Source of the DNA: a bacterium
GTDB lineage: Bacteria; Hinthialibacterota; Hinthialibacteria; Hinthialibacterales; Hinthialibacteraceae
Direction: 5' to 3'
Assembly (NCBI GenBank): GCA_963662285.2
Contig: CAXXMV010000002.1
Location: 1,696,001 to 1,760,000 of the forward strand
DNA: 64,000 nucleotides
Positions 37,016-47,782 of this stretch are shown here, one piece after another. Position numbers and translations under genes: made by a program. The notes below the pieces were generated by a model. That model saw only the letters and a program-made list of their open reading frames with translations. It did not search any database and was not told where the DNA came from. Position 1 is the first letter of the stretch, and each line of letters opens with the position of its first letter.

Positions 37016-40000
37016 TTATTCCGCCACCGCGTCTTTGCTCAGTTTGAACAGTTCTTTCAATTCGTCGGTGGATAATTCCGTCAGCCAGGCTTCTCCGGCG
37101 CCGACTACTCCTTCGGCGATTTCCTTCTTATTTTCTATCATCTCATCGATTCGTTCTTCCAACGTCCCCACGCAAAGGTACTTGTGGACTTGCACATTCT
37201 TGGTCTGCCCGATGCGGAAGACGCGGTCGGTGGCTTGATTCTCTACCGCCGGATTCCACCAGCGGTCGAAATGAAACACATGATTGGCGTGGGTTAGATT
37301 TAATCCAGTGCCTCCGGCTTTGAGCGATAGGATAAAGATGCTTGGTCCCTGGTCGCTCTGAAAGCGTTCGACCATGGCATCCCTCTTTTTCTTAGTAACG
37401 CCGCCATGCAGGAAGAAAACCTCCTGGCCGAATTGCTCTTGCAGATAGGTTTGCAGCATTCCCCCCATCACAGAGAACTGTGAGAAGATCAATGCGCGGT
37501 CGCCAATGCCGATCATCTCCTCCAGCATCTCGGTTAAACGGTTTAGTTTACCCGAACGGTCGGGCATAGCGGAATTATCTCCGGCGAAATGCGCCGGGTG
37601 GTTGCAGACCTGCTTAAGTTTAGAGATGGTCGCCAGCACCAGCCCTTTGCGGTTAATGCCTTCGGCTGATTCCAGCGCCTTCTCCGTATCGTTCACCACC
37701 GCCTGATATAACGACGCCTGTTCTTTGGTCAAGTTGCAGAAGACCTTCATTTCCATCTTTTCCGGTAAGTCGCTAATGATGGTTTTGTCGGTTTTAAGCC
37801 GGCGGAGGATGAAGGGGCCGGTCATCTGTTTTAACTTCTGGATGGCTTCCGGATCGCGTTCCGCCTGTATGGGAACAAAGAACGAACGTTTGAATTCCGC
37901 TTGAGTTCCAAGAAAACCGGGATTGAGGAATTCCATGATCGACCAGAGATCGCCAACGTTGTTTTCGACTGGCGTACCGGTCAGAGCGATGCGGTAATCC
38001 GCGTTGAGCGACCGCGCCGCTTTCGATTGCTTGGTCTCAGGATTTTTGATGTTCTGCGCTTCATCAAGCACCACGCCCGACCAGGGGATTTCTTTGAGTA
38101 TCTCAAAATCCCGGTGCAAAAGCGCATAACTGGAAATCACGATTGAATGTTTGCTTGCTTCTTTCTTGAAGGCGGCGCCTTTTGCGCGGGTGGTTCCATG
38201 ATGGATCATAACGGGCAGTTCCGGCGTAAAGCGCGAGGCTTCCTTATGCCAGTTGCCAACCACCGAAGTCGGGCAGATCAGCAGTACGGGGCGTTTGCCA
38301 TTGTTATGCCAGTTCCGTTGGATGAGGGTTAATGTCTGGATTGTTTTACCGAGTCCCATATCATCGGCCAGACAGGCGCCCAGTCCCCATTGCTGTAAGA
38401 AATTAAGCCACGAGTAGCCTCGCTTCTGGTAAGGGCGTAGGATTCCCTGGAATTCTGGCAGAGGTTCGATTTCGTCATACGAGGCGTTGCCATTGAGTTG
38501 TTTGAGGAATTTGGCGATCCAGCCGGTAGCCGATACGCCGTCGAATTCCAAGCCTGCTGGCGCCTTGGCCCGTCCCAGCGACATCTGCACCAATTCACCA
38601 ACGCTTGCCTCCTGCTTCTCTCTCTTCTTCCAAAATGCTATCGCCTCTTTGATCTCTTCTGCGCTGATATGCACCCATTGGCCGCGGATTTGCACTAATG
38701 AAGATTTCATTTTGGCAAGTTCCTGCAATTCACGCAGAGTAATCTTTTTGCCGCCCAAGGCCATTTCCCATTCAAATTCAATTATTTCACTCAAGGTCAG
38801 GCCGCCGCCGCCTTTTAACCGGGGGCTTTTTACTTTGGCTTTGATGGATAAGCGTTGTTTGGTTCCTTTTCTGGTCCACCATGAAGGCAGCAATACGCCA
38901 AAACTCATTTGTTCCAAAATAGAAGACTTTTCGTTCAGAAAATTGAAAGCTCCGTCTGAGTCGATAGCATAACCGCCAGGGGCTGAAGTCTTCAGGCTGT
39001 TTTCTACATCGGGACAGATTCCAGAGGCCTGCCCCAGTGAGAACAAAAGGTATTCATTGGCATTGAATCCTGCCTTTTTGAGAAAAGCCGCTTTTTGTCC
39101 TTTAGCGTTCCACACCTCATCCACCGGAAGCAAAAGACTGGGATCGCTGATATCCTGCAGCAGGTAACGGACGAACCATGAGTCCTGAAATTTCTTGGTT
39201 TTTCTGGTTGTTATTATTTCTGTTCCCGGTTCTTCCAAACGGAAACAGAGCCGGAATGGCGCATCGGTCGAAACGGTCACCGGGCGTTTCCATGCTTGAA
39301 CCTGCGCCATGAATTGGGTTAATTCATTCTCATCGCCTTCTATAAGTCCATCGGGTGAACAGAGCGCATGAAGCCACTGATCATGGATGCTGTCAAATGA
39401 GGATGATTTTTTCTTTAGCAACCGCTTAGGTTTACTAGGCGCTGTTTTTTTCATGTGAGCATAACGCACCAGGAAATCAACCGTCATATTGCAAAAGTCT
39501 GATAACAGCGATTGTGAGGAAACCGTCGGCTCAGTTTCAATGTCGAAAGATAACGCACGGCAGGCGCCGGGCATGGCTTTGGCTAATTCAGTCTGATTTT
39601 TACGTTCTTCCCCTGCAATGACGGGTTTCCAATATGCGCGAAATTCTTCATCCTTTTTGACGACATCAGGAATGAATTGCTGCCGCGCCGTCAAAGCGCC
39701 GCAATAGCGCATAGCGGAAGACCAATAAGCCAGATCATTTCCAATAAGCACTCCGGGAGAGAGTAATTCCTTACCAGCGCAATGACATAGCAACTCTATA
39801 GTATCTTTGGCATTAAGAGGAAGAACGTTTATTTGCCAGGGTGTAATTGTGATTTTATAGCGGGTTGCAGGCGGCGCATCAATAATAGGGCTTGAAGCGA
39901 AAGGTTTAGCGCCTTTCGATGGAAGCCATATAACCGCCGGAAGCATATCGCGCTTGTATGCTTTATAACTGTATCCTGAATCTATGAGCGCTTGAGATAT

Positions 40001-40147
40001 TTTTTTGAATCCGGCATCGTACGGCAAAACGTTTAAATCCGACGCTTTATTTGTTTTTCTCTGTTTGAATGCTTCTGATGATTCAACTGCTGTTTCACCC
40101 CACAATAGAAACTGCTCATCAACAAAACCCGCATGCAGAATAATCAT
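37016..40147 (-). CDS. SNF2-family helicase/ATPase
   Basis: LRPYQ, LADDMGLGKT, DEAQ, TGTPVENN, SLKAGGTGLNL, DRWWNPAVENQATDRVFRIGQ. Confidence 0.95.
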   Translation of the reverse strand: MIILHAGFVDEQFLLWGETAVESSEAFKQRKTNKASDLNVLPYDAGFKKISQALIDSGYSYKAYKRDMLPAVIWLPSKGAKPFASSPIIDAPPATRYKITITPWQINVLPLNAKDTIELLCHCAGKELLSPGVLIGNDLAYWSSAMRYCGALTARQQFIPDVVKKDEEFRAYWKPVIAGEERKNQTELAKAMPGACRALSFDIETEPTVSSQSLLSDFCNMTVDFLVRYAHMKKTAPSKPKRLLKKKSSSFDSIHDQWLHALCSPDGLIEGDENELTQFMAQVQAWKRPVTVSTDAPFRLCFRLEEPGTEIITTRKTKKFQDSWFVRYLLQDISDPSLLLPVDEVWNAKGQKAAFLKKAGFNANEYLLFSLGQASGICPDVENSLKTSAPGGYAIDSDGAFNFLNEKSSILEQMSFGVLLPSWWTRKGTKQRLSIKAKVKSPRLKGGGGLTLSEIIEFEWEMALGGKKITLRELQELAKMKSSLVQIRGQWVHISAEEIKEAIAFWKKREKQEASVGELVQMSLGRAKAPAGLEFDGVSATGWIAKFLKQLNGNASYDEIEPLPEFQGILRPYQKRGYSWLNFLQQWGLGACLADDMGLGKTIQTLTLIQRNWHNNGKRPVLLICPTSVVGNWHKEASRFTPELPVMIHHGTTRAKGAAFKKEASKHSIVISSYALLHRDFEILKEIPWSGVVLDEAQNIKNPETKQSKAARSLNADYRIALTGTPVENNVGDLWSIMEFLNPGFLGTQAEFKRSFFVPIQAERDPEAIQKLKQMTGPFILRRLKTDKTIISDLPEKMEMKVFCNLTKEQASLYQAVVNDTEKALESAEGINRKGLVLATISKLKQVCNHPAHFAGDNSAMPDRSGKLNRLTEMLEEMIGIGDRALIFSQFSVMGGMLQTYLQEQFGQEVFFLHGGVTKKKRDAMVERFQSDQGPSIFILSLKAGGTGLNLTHANHVFHFDRWWNPAVENQATDRVFRIGQTKNVQVHKYLCVGTLEERIDEMIENKKEIAEGVVGAGEAWLTELSTDELKELFKLSKDAVAE

Positions 40148-40312
40148 CGATTTATTGTCTCCAAAAAATTCGTTTTTTGAGGGGCGCCGAATGGTTATCT
40201 ATTTGGCCTATGACCCAATATCCCCGCTCCCGATAACTTTATTTGTATAGGAAAGACAAATATGAAACTTATTATGTAAATATTTATGAATATTTATCAT
40301 GAATATTTATTA

Positions 40313-40328
40313 TGGCATAAATATTGCT
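40313..40328 (+). promoter_or_regulatory. Putative sigma54 promoter preceded by three AATATTTAT repeats
   Basis: TGGCATAAATATTGCT (GG-N10-GC); AATATTTAT at 40279, 40289 and 40302. Confidence 0.6.
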
Positions 40329-40457
40329 CAATCTTCTAGAGTCTTGGCAATATTTTGTATAAACAAAATATGAAATACAAATTTAGCTATGATTCAATTT
40401 AATAATGACTTTGGCTAGATAAATACATAATTATCAAACCATTACCAGGGATTAACT

Positions 40458-41687
40458 ATGTACAAGATTGCTTATAAACAAATTCGTTATTATATCATTA
40501 TAATATTTCCTCTTTTTGCATTCTTGGCAAATATCCATCCAATCCATGCTCAAAACGCGAAACATAATAATGATATTACTCTTGGCATGTCAACCGCTTT
40601 GAGTGGTCCAGCCTCCTTTCTCGGCGTGAATATGCAAGCAGGAGTTTTGGCTGCTATCAAAGAAATTAACCATACAGGCGGCATAAACTCTCATGACATA
40701 CGCCTGATCACTCTTGATGATGGTTACGAGCCTACTCTGACCATACCCAATATCCATAAATTGATCAATGAAGAAAACGTATTATCCATTATTGGTAATG
40801 TCGGAACGCCAACCGCGGTTGCCGCGGTACCCATAACCAACAAAAACAAGGTACTCTTCTATGGAGCTTTCACCGGCGCCGGAATTCTGAGAAAGCATCC
40901 TCCAGACCGTTATGTGATAAACTTTCGCGCCAGTTATGCGGAAGAAACCGAGGCCATGGTTAATGCGCTTTGCGAACATGCGGGCGTCAAACCGGAAGAG
41001 ATTGCATTTTTCACTCAGAGAGACACCTATGGAGACGCCGGATATTCAGGAGGAATGACAGCTCTCATAAAACATGGACTTATAGACGAGAGCAGTATTG
41101 TTCATGCGCGTTATGAACGCAATTCTCTAGCCGTAGAAAATGCGTTGGCTGACATTATCCTTGGTGAATCCACGCCGCGCGCCATCATCATGGTTGGCGC
41201 CTATGCTCCCTGCGCCAAGTTTATTCGTCTGGCAAAATCTCATGGCCTGAATCCGTTATTTCTCAATGTATCCTTTGTCGGCGCCGAGCAACTGAATACA
41301 GAACTGGGCGCCGTTGGAAATGGCGTAATTGTAACTCAGGTCGTGCCTCATTACGATTCTGATACTCCTATCGTTCACGATTATCTCAAGGCTCTTAAAG
41401 AACTGGACAATAATATTAAACCTACATTCGCTTCGTTAGAAGGATATGTCGCTGCCCGGATTCTTTTCAAAGCTATGCAACTTCATCAAACCATCCCAAC
41501 CAGATCGAGCATTGTTGATTATTTGGAAGAATTGGGTGATTTCGACATTGGATTAAACACGCCTCTTCATCTGACAACAAATGATCATCAGGCCAGTCAT
41601 CTTATTTGGCCGACAATATTTCAAGATGGGAAAATTCATACATTTGAATGGGCTGATTTAAAAAACACTGATAGTGGAAAGTCATGA
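40458..41687 (+). CDS. Periplasmic binding protein, type 1 (LivK-like)
   Basis: Signal peptide; LGMSTALSGP, LDDGYEP, GNVGTPT, RASYAEE. Confidence 0.88.
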   Translation: MYKIAYKQIRYYIIIIFPLFAFLANIHPIHAQNAKHNNDITLGMSTALSGPASFLGVNMQAGVLAAIKEINHTGGINSHDIRLITLDDGYEPTLTIPNIHKLINEENVLSIIGNVGTPTAVAAVPITNKNKVLFYGAFTGAGILRKHPPDRYVINFRASYAEETEAMVNALCEHAGVKPEEIAFFTQRDTYGDAGYSGGMTALIKHGLIDESSIVHARYERNSLAVENALADIILGESTPRAIIMVGAYAPCAKFIRLAKSHGLNPLFLNVSFVGAEQLNTELGAVGNGVIVTQVVPHYDSDTPIVHDYLKALKELDNNIKPTFASLEGYVAARILFKAMQLHQTIPTRSSIVDYLEELGDFDIGLNTPLHLTTNDHQASHLIWPTIFQDGKIHTFEWADLKNTDSGKS

Positions 41688-43651
41688 TGGAAAAACAAAT
41701 TGAGAAGCCAAAATCTCATATTATAGGATTTGCGCGACTACTTCTTATTTTAGGATTGAGTTCAGTGCTGGCCATGGTCGTTATGATCTGGTGGACCATT
41801 TCAACTATTAACAATGATCGGGAAATCAGCGATGCCTTAAAAAAAGAGGTCACAGTCCTAATCAGGGAATTCGATCAATATATTGATAACGGAGATAAAG
41901 AAATCCGGGGATTTCTTGAAGGAAAATGCAATATTAAAAAGGGTCGAACCTGGATCGACTATATGGGATTCGCTTCTAATAACTTTATTAAATCAATAAA
42001 TGAATTAGATTTATCCATTGAATTTATTAATACTGACCAATACTTGAATCAACTCAAAGAACTGCGCCGGAACTGCATCGATTGGTGTAATCATAAAAAA
42101 ATCATCGATGAAAATTCACCAGCAGCCATCATGAAATTAAAAGCCTCTTTGCATCAGCTGCAAGTGGCGGTAAAAGGGGTCGAAGGTCAGCAAAAACTTC
42201 AACTTGCTGTACTTATTCGTGATTTCCAACAAGCGGATAGCAATCAATCAGATCAATTTGCGCATAATGTCATTAAGCAAATCCGTTCTGGCGCCAACTT
42301 GATGAAAATCCAGGATGAACTCTACGATCTCAGTATTCTGATTGAGCATCTTTTTAATGAAAACCAACTGGATTATCTCATTGATTATAAAGATAACCAA
42401 TTCAAACCAGTGTTAGAGCGCCTGAGAAGTAATGTATTAAAATGGGATCAAACCAAAGACGATTCTCAGCCATTCTTTTCCACATTATTAAAGAACATTG
42501 AGACCGATTTATTTGGAGAAGGCGTCAAGTTTGATAACGCCCACCAGACCATCATTCCCGGACAGGGAGGCTTTTATTATTATATCAAAGAGAATTTGGC
42601 AATTAATCAAATGAACATTTTCTTGCAAAAACAGATATTAGAATCATTCAAGAATATGAGAGATGCACAACAACAACTGGATATCGCATACCAGAATTAC
42701 ATGCTTCAACTGACTCTTCAAAATGAAAAAGCGTTTAATAATACCTGGCATTTGATGTTATTCTTAAGTTTGATTATTTCCGCCATCTTCGTATTTCTGG
42801 CATTGTCCATCATAAACTCGGTTAAGACCCAGGTCGCTATCATCGAATCGACCAACGAAGCTTTGGACAACCATATTCATGAACTGGGTATTGTCAACAA
42901 TGATCTTCATATTCAAAACGAAAAGAGAGAAAAAGCTGAAAAAGCCTTGCTCAAAAGTGAAGAATATTACCGTAGTCTTTATGAGACCAGCCGTGATGGA
43001 ATAGTCTACGTCGATTTAAATGGCTACATCCTGGACGCTAATCAGGCGTATTTAAATATGTTTGGATACAGTTTAAACGAGATTTATAACAAAAGATATA
43101 TGGATTTTACTCCCCAAAAATGGGTTACATATGAAAATGAGATAATACAAAAGCAAGTACTTGAAAGAGGATATTCCGAAGAGTTCGAGAAAGAGTCGTT
43201 TCATGAAAATGGAACCCTGGTTCCATTAATGGTTCGCGCCTGGCTGGTTAAAGATGATCAAGGTCAACCGGTTCGCATGTTGCGGTTGGTGCGTGATATT
43301 ACTGAACAAAAGCGCCTGGAACACCAACTAAGAAATTCCATGTTGGATGCCGAGCGCCATAATGTCATGATTGAGAGTTTCGGCGCGGTATGCCATCACC
43401 TCAGCCAACCGCTTACTGCTCTCTTCGGCAATCTGTCTCTCTTGCAAATTAAGGTGGAAAAAATTGGTAACGCTGATCTTGGAGTATATTATCAAAATTG
43501 CCTGGATGCCGTTGACCGCATGTCTTCTCTTCTCCAAAAGTTGCAGAAAGTTCAGGATTATAAAACCTTGTCCTATACCCAATTGACTGACATTATCGAT
43601 ATCGATGATCAAGTCAATTATCATGATCAGTCGGATGATGACAATACATGA
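41684..43651 (+). CDS. Membrane sensor with PAS/PAC and a HisKA-like helix but no HATPase domain
   Basis: Two TM helices; SEEYYRSLYE..DGIVYVD..ANQA..RDITEQKRLE PAS/PAC; GAVCHHLSQPLT; the protein ends about 80 aa later. Confidence 0.8.
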   Translation: MMEKQIEKPKSHIIGFARLLLILGLSSVLAMVVMIWWTISTINNDREISDALKKEVTVLIREFDQYIDNGDKEIRGFLEGKCNIKKGRTWIDYMGFASNNFIKSINELDLSIEFINTDQYLNQLKELRRNCIDWCNHKKIIDENSPAAIMKLKASLHQLQVAVKGVEGQQKLQLAVLIRDFQQADSNQSDQFAHNVIKQIRSGANLMKIQDELYDLSILIEHLFNENQLDYLIDYKDNQFKPVLERLRSNVLKWDQTKDDSQPFFSTLLKNIETDLFGEGVKFDNAHQTIIPGQGGFYYYIKENLAINQMNIFLQKQILESFKNMRDAQQQLDIAYQNYMLQLTLQNEKAFNNTWHLMLFLSLIISAIFVFLALSIINSVKTQVAIIESTNEALDNHIHELGIVNNDLHIQNEKREKAEKALLKSEEYYRSLYETSRDGIVYVDLNGYILDANQAYLNMFGYSLNEIYNKRYMDFTPQKWVTYENEIIQKQVLERGYSEEFEKESFHENGTLVPLMVRAWLVKDDQGQPVRMLRLVRDITEQKRLEHQLRNSMLDAERHNVMIESFGAVCHHLSQPLTALFGNLSLLQIKVEKIGNADLGVYYQNCLDAVDRMSSLLQKLQKVQDYKTLSYTQLTDIIDIDDQVNYHDQSDDDNT

Positions 43652-43794
43652 GACTTGCAAGCCCTGGATTAATTCAAAATCACATCTTTTAGGAACTTTG
43701 AACTGCTGCTTTAATATATCGCATATCTGGAATCGTTCTGAGTTAATTATTTTATAACCTTGCTCTCAAAATAAATGCTTCATCGATCCGTACT

Positions 43795-45264
43795 ATGAAC
43801 CTGACCTTCGTTAACCGCTTCAGTATTCGAACAAAGTTAATTCTCTCAATGAGCATTATTCTATTTGTAGCCTTTTCATTGACCAATATCGTCAATTATC
43901 AAGTCGCCAAAACTTCTTTGCATAATTCTCTGGTTGGTGATTCGCTCCCCCTGATCAGCAATAACATCTACTCCCAGTTCCAAAATGACCTGATGCGTCC
44001 CACTCATGTCTCTTCCTTGATGGCGCATGATACTTTCGTTAAGGATTGGGTGCTGCAAGGAGAGCAGAATATTGAAGAAATCAGCAAGTATCTTAAGGAA
44101 ATTAAAGATAAATTCAATTTCGTCTCAACTTTTTTAATCTCTACCAAAACTAGAAAATACTATTTTCCAGATGGCATCCACAAGATCATAAATGAAAATG
44201 ATGCGCATGACGTCTGGTATTTTGATTTCCTCAAACTGGATGTGGATATTGATTTGGACGTCGATGAAGATCAGACCAGAAACAATGTACTGACTATCTT
44301 CATCAACCACCGGATGGTTGATCTACAAGGTAATATTATTGGCGTGATCGGCGTTGGTCTTAGTCTGGATAAAATTGTTGATTTATTTACTTCATACAAA
44401 GAGGAGTTTGGCCGGGATATATATTTAGTTGACGCCGCAGGCGTTATTGAGGTTCACTCGGATATTGCGCTAATGCGGGAAAGAAATATCCATAATTTGC
44501 CAGGCATAAATGATTTCGCCGACTATATCATCTCTAATCAAACCGGTCTAACCGCTTTTGAATTTAACCGGGATGGCAAACACTTCGTTGCCGCATCACG
44601 TTACATATCTGAAATCCAAAGATATTTAATCATTGAACACGATGAGACGGAAACCCTATCTGAAATCAAGAGTAATCTTGTCTTGAATCTGCTTTTTGGT
44701 TTTTTCATAACTTGCACGATTATTCTGATTAATATTTTCACTGTTAATTATTTTCAATCCAAACTAGTGATCCTGGCAACAACCGATCCCCTGACCGGCG
44801 CTTTAAATCGCAAGGTTTTCCATGAAAAGGCGAATACCGAATTTAATCGATCACAGCGCTATAAAAAATCCATGTCCGTCTTGATGATGGATATGGATAA
44901 TTTCAAGAACATCAATGATACTCACGGACACATGATAGGAGATATGATCCTTAAGGCCGTGGTTGATGAATGCTTGCGCAATTTACGGACTCCTGACGTG
45001 TTCGCCCGTATAGGTGGTGAAGAATTCGCCGCTATATTGGTTGAAACCAATTGCGAAGAAGCGGTAATGGTTTCAGAACGGCTCAGAAAATCTATCGCCG
45101 GATTGGAAATATTAAATGGCCTTCAACCGGTTAAATTCACCGTCAGCATCGGGGTGACTTACCTCCAATCTTCCGATGATAATTTCGAACAACTCCTGCA
45201 ACGCTCCGATAAAGCGCTATATATAGCTAAGGATAAAGGCCGAAATCGAGTTGAGCAGTTATAG
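43795..45264 (+). CDS. Cache-sensor diguanylate cyclase
   Basis: TDPLTGALNR, DMDNFKNINDTHGH, RTPD I-site, GGEEF, ALYIAKDKGRN. Confidence 0.93.
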   Translation: MNLTFVNRFSIRTKLILSMSIILFVAFSLTNIVNYQVAKTSLHNSLVGDSLPLISNNIYSQFQNDLMRPTHVSSLMAHDTFVKDWVLQGEQNIEEISKYLKEIKDKFNFVSTFLISTKTRKYYFPDGIHKIINENDAHDVWYFDFLKLDVDIDLDVDEDQTRNNVLTIFINHRMVDLQGNIIGVIGVGLSLDKIVDLFTSYKEEFGRDIYLVDAAGVIEVHSDIALMRERNIHNLPGINDFADYIISNQTGLTAFEFNRDGKHFVAASRYISEIQRYLIIEHDETETLSEIKSNLVLNLLFGFFITCTIILINIFTVNYFQSKLVILATTDPLTGALNRKVFHEKANTEFNRSQRYKKSMSVLMMDMDNFKNINDTHGHMIGDMILKAVVDECLRNLRTPDVFARIGGEEFAAILVETNCEEAVMVSERLRKSIAGLEILNGLQPVKFTVSIGVTYLQSSDDNFEQLLQRSDKALYIAKDKGRNRVEQL

Positions 45265-45408
45265 GGTTATTCTTATCTACTCTTCTAACAAAATTATTTA
45301 ACCGTCAGACTAAACCCCCTCCAATATTCCTACGTTTTCTATTTATGGCATCAATATTGAACTAATTCTACTCTTCATGCGTTCAATAATATAAAGGTAA
45401 ATTACACC

Positions 45409-46704
45409 ATGAAAAAAATATTAGTTTTTGCTTTGCTATTAGTAATCGGGATTTATTTCGGCCTGCATTATTTAATTAACCAATGGGTTCGTGGACAATA
45501 TACGCCGGAAAACTATGCGGTGATGAGAGAATGTCTGGACAATACTTTGGATGTCCCGCCTGAGTGGTTTGCAGATACAGATTACGATCAGGGACTGATT
45601 CAACAGAGCAATGATCTGAGTATTATCTATCAAAATCTTGATCTGCAAAAATATGCTTTTGATATTATTACAAAAATTCTGAAGGGCGATGCAATCAGCC
45701 AAGAGCAATGGGATGTTATACATCAAGATGTTGAATCGATGAGGGCTTATACTGATAAATTAATGGCTTATACCAAAAGGCCGGATTATGAATTATCCGC
45801 TTTAGCGGAAATCCCTTCGTATTATAGCGCATCCCGGTCACCCAATTATTTAATGCTGCAAATCGCTTCAAAGGCGCTGCAATTACGGACTTATTCCGCA
45901 GCCAAATCCGGGCAGTGGCGCGACGCTTTCCAAGCCAACCTGGCTTCGCACCGTATGGCGCAGCGCCGTCCTGCTATTGATTTGATTGCTCATTTGATAG
46001 CAGCGGCGATTCAAGAGATGTCATGCTACAGCACTGCATGGTTGATGAAGCGTTGTGATGATGAGGTGGTTCTGCGTGAGGCGTTAGAAGAATTAAAATT
46101 ACTTGATAAAAAAGTAAACCTCAATGTGCTGGATAAGATATTGGAACTAACTATCATTAACAGATTGCATTGGGTCAAAAAAGATAATCCAGATATCGAT
46201 ATGACTCCTGGAAAAACAGGCTATTTTTATTTCCAACAACTGAGTAGTTCATGCTTGGCGGAAATGAAGATGATGCAAAAACAACATAACATCCAAACCA
46301 ATCTTCCATCAGCAGAAGTATTATCTATATGGAAAGCCATCGGATTTGAAAAACAGGTTACTGAGATGTTATTCAGCGTCTCTATGCCAAATATACTTAA
46401 TGCCCGATTCCGCGAGAAAAACGCCACCGCAAGATACCAGGTCACGCTTCTATATCTGGCCTCGAAATTATACCAGATAAATAAGGGCGAACATCCCCAA
46501 AAATTCAATGATCTTATGCCAGATTATTTCGATGCGGAGATATATGATCCATTCGTTGAAGACGGCGTCACAAAACCCTACGCCTTTGACGCCTCAAAGA
46601 AAATGTTCTACAGCATCGGACCCGATAAAAAGGATGACCTGAATAAAATACCGTATGATCCCAGTAATGGGCTAAGCAGCCGCGGCGATATATCTGCGTA
46701 TTAG
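45409..46704 (+). CDS. Membrane-anchored hypothetical protein with a GspG-like C-terminus
   Basis: N-terminal TM helix; DPF..PY..YSIGPDKKDD..YDPSNGLSSRGDI. Confidence 0.65.
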   Translation: MKKILVFALLLVIGIYFGLHYLINQWVRGQYTPENYAVMRECLDNTLDVPPEWFADTDYDQGLIQQSNDLSIIYQNLDLQKYAFDIITKILKGDAISQEQWDVIHQDVESMRAYTDKLMAYTKRPDYELSALAEIPSYYSASRSPNYLMLQIASKALQLRTYSAAKSGQWRDAFQANLASHRMAQRRPAIDLIAHLIAAAIQEMSCYSTAWLMKRCDDEVVLREALEELKLLDKKVNLNVLDKILELTIINRLHWVKKDNPDIDMTPGKTGYFYFQQLSSSCLAEMKMMQKQHNIQTNLPSAEVLSIWKAIGFEKQVTEMLFSVSMPNILNARFREKNATARYQVTLLYLASKLYQINKGEHPQKFNDLMPDYFDAEIYDPFVEDGVTKPYAFDASKKMFYSIGPDKKDDLNKIPYDPSNGLSSRGDISAY

Positions 46705-46707
46705 AAA

Positions 46708-47319
46708 TTAACTGCTGAAATAGGTCCAGGCATTGCGGATAAACAATACCGCAAACAGCAGAAGCAGACAGCCGATAATGCGGTTTACATAGATGAAGAG
46801 GTTGCTCTTCAAGAATTTTCTTGATCCGGCTGAAATTATTGCGATAATGAATTTGCCGCCTAATAATAGAAAATAGAAGATTACCAGGAACGCAACCGCA
46901 TAGATTAGATTAACCTGATACGCCCTCAAAAGGGTTGGACCAAGCACCGATAACCAGAACATATAAGGATTGGGGCTAAGAAAATTTGTAATGATTCCCT
47001 TGCGAAACGATTGAGGCGCGCAATCGCCGACAGTCAGTTCGGTTCCCTTGTAAGTGATATTCTCATATCCCAGATACAATAAGTATAATCCACCGCATAA
47101 CGAAATCACGCCCAGGATTATATCAAGATTCGATATACGTGATAAGATCAAAAGGCAGATAATGACTATGGGCAAATCAGTGATCAGCGGCGCCAGGGCA
47201 ACTTTAAGGCCTTCTTTTTTGCCATGCTTGATGGATTCGGACATGATGACTGTCATCAGCGGACCGGGGGAAAATCCGGCGCTGAGACCGCACACAATTG
47301 CTAGTGATATAAATTCCAT
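46708..47319 (-). CDS. LysE family translocator
   Basis: AGFSPGP, GLKVALAPLITD, GIITNFLSPNPY. Confidence 0.88.
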   Translation of the reverse strand: MEFISLAIVCGLSAGFSPGPLMTVIMSESIKHGKKEGLKVALAPLITDLPIVIICLLILSRISNLDIILGVISLCGGLYLLYLGYENITYKGTELTVGDCAPQSFRKGIITNFLSPNPYMFWLSVLGPTLLRAYQVNLIYAVAFLVIFYFLLLGGKFIIAIISAGSRKFLKSNLFIYVNRIIGCLLLLFAVLFIRNAWTYFSS

Positions 47320-47349
47320 GTTGTACTTTCTTTAGCGTGCTCTATGTTT

Positions 47350-47595
47350 TTAAGACGTGTGGCGCTGGTTCTTGAATCCCGATATTATCACGCAAAACCC
47401 GACCAAGGCCATTGCCGCGATATAACACCACTCTATCCAGGGAAGGTTGGAAAAATATTTCATCATGTTGTGGTACGAATATGAATAACCCGTTTCCTGA
47501 ACAGCCGCATACATAATCAATGTGTGATGCATAACCGGCAGCAGCAAACCCATAAACCAGATAATGGCGCCAGTGAGTATCTTTTTCTCATCCAT
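47350..47595 (-). CDS. Small two-TM membrane protein
   Basis: Start MDEKK follows AAGGAG; two hydrophobic segments. Confidence 0.55.
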   Translation of the reverse strand: MDEKKILTGAIIWFMGLLLPVMHHTLIMYAAVQETGYSYSYHNMMKYFSNLPWIEWCYIAAMALVGFCVIISGFKNQRHTS

Positions 47596-47782
47596 TATTG
47601 AAAACTCCTTTTGGAGAATGACAGCTGCTCTTGCTTGGGCAATGATAATCCATATAATCTTATTTTCCACTGCTGAGAACTATAAATCCGAATAAACTAT
47701 ATCCCTCTTCTCTATTCAAAAAAAGATATTATAGATTAATATCTCCTTATTGCTTATTTGCTATATCCAGGGAGGTTCAATC

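Noticed and set aside
45347-45362. Sigma54-like TGGCATCAATATTGAA
   Set aside because: The -12 element reads GA instead of the conserved GC.
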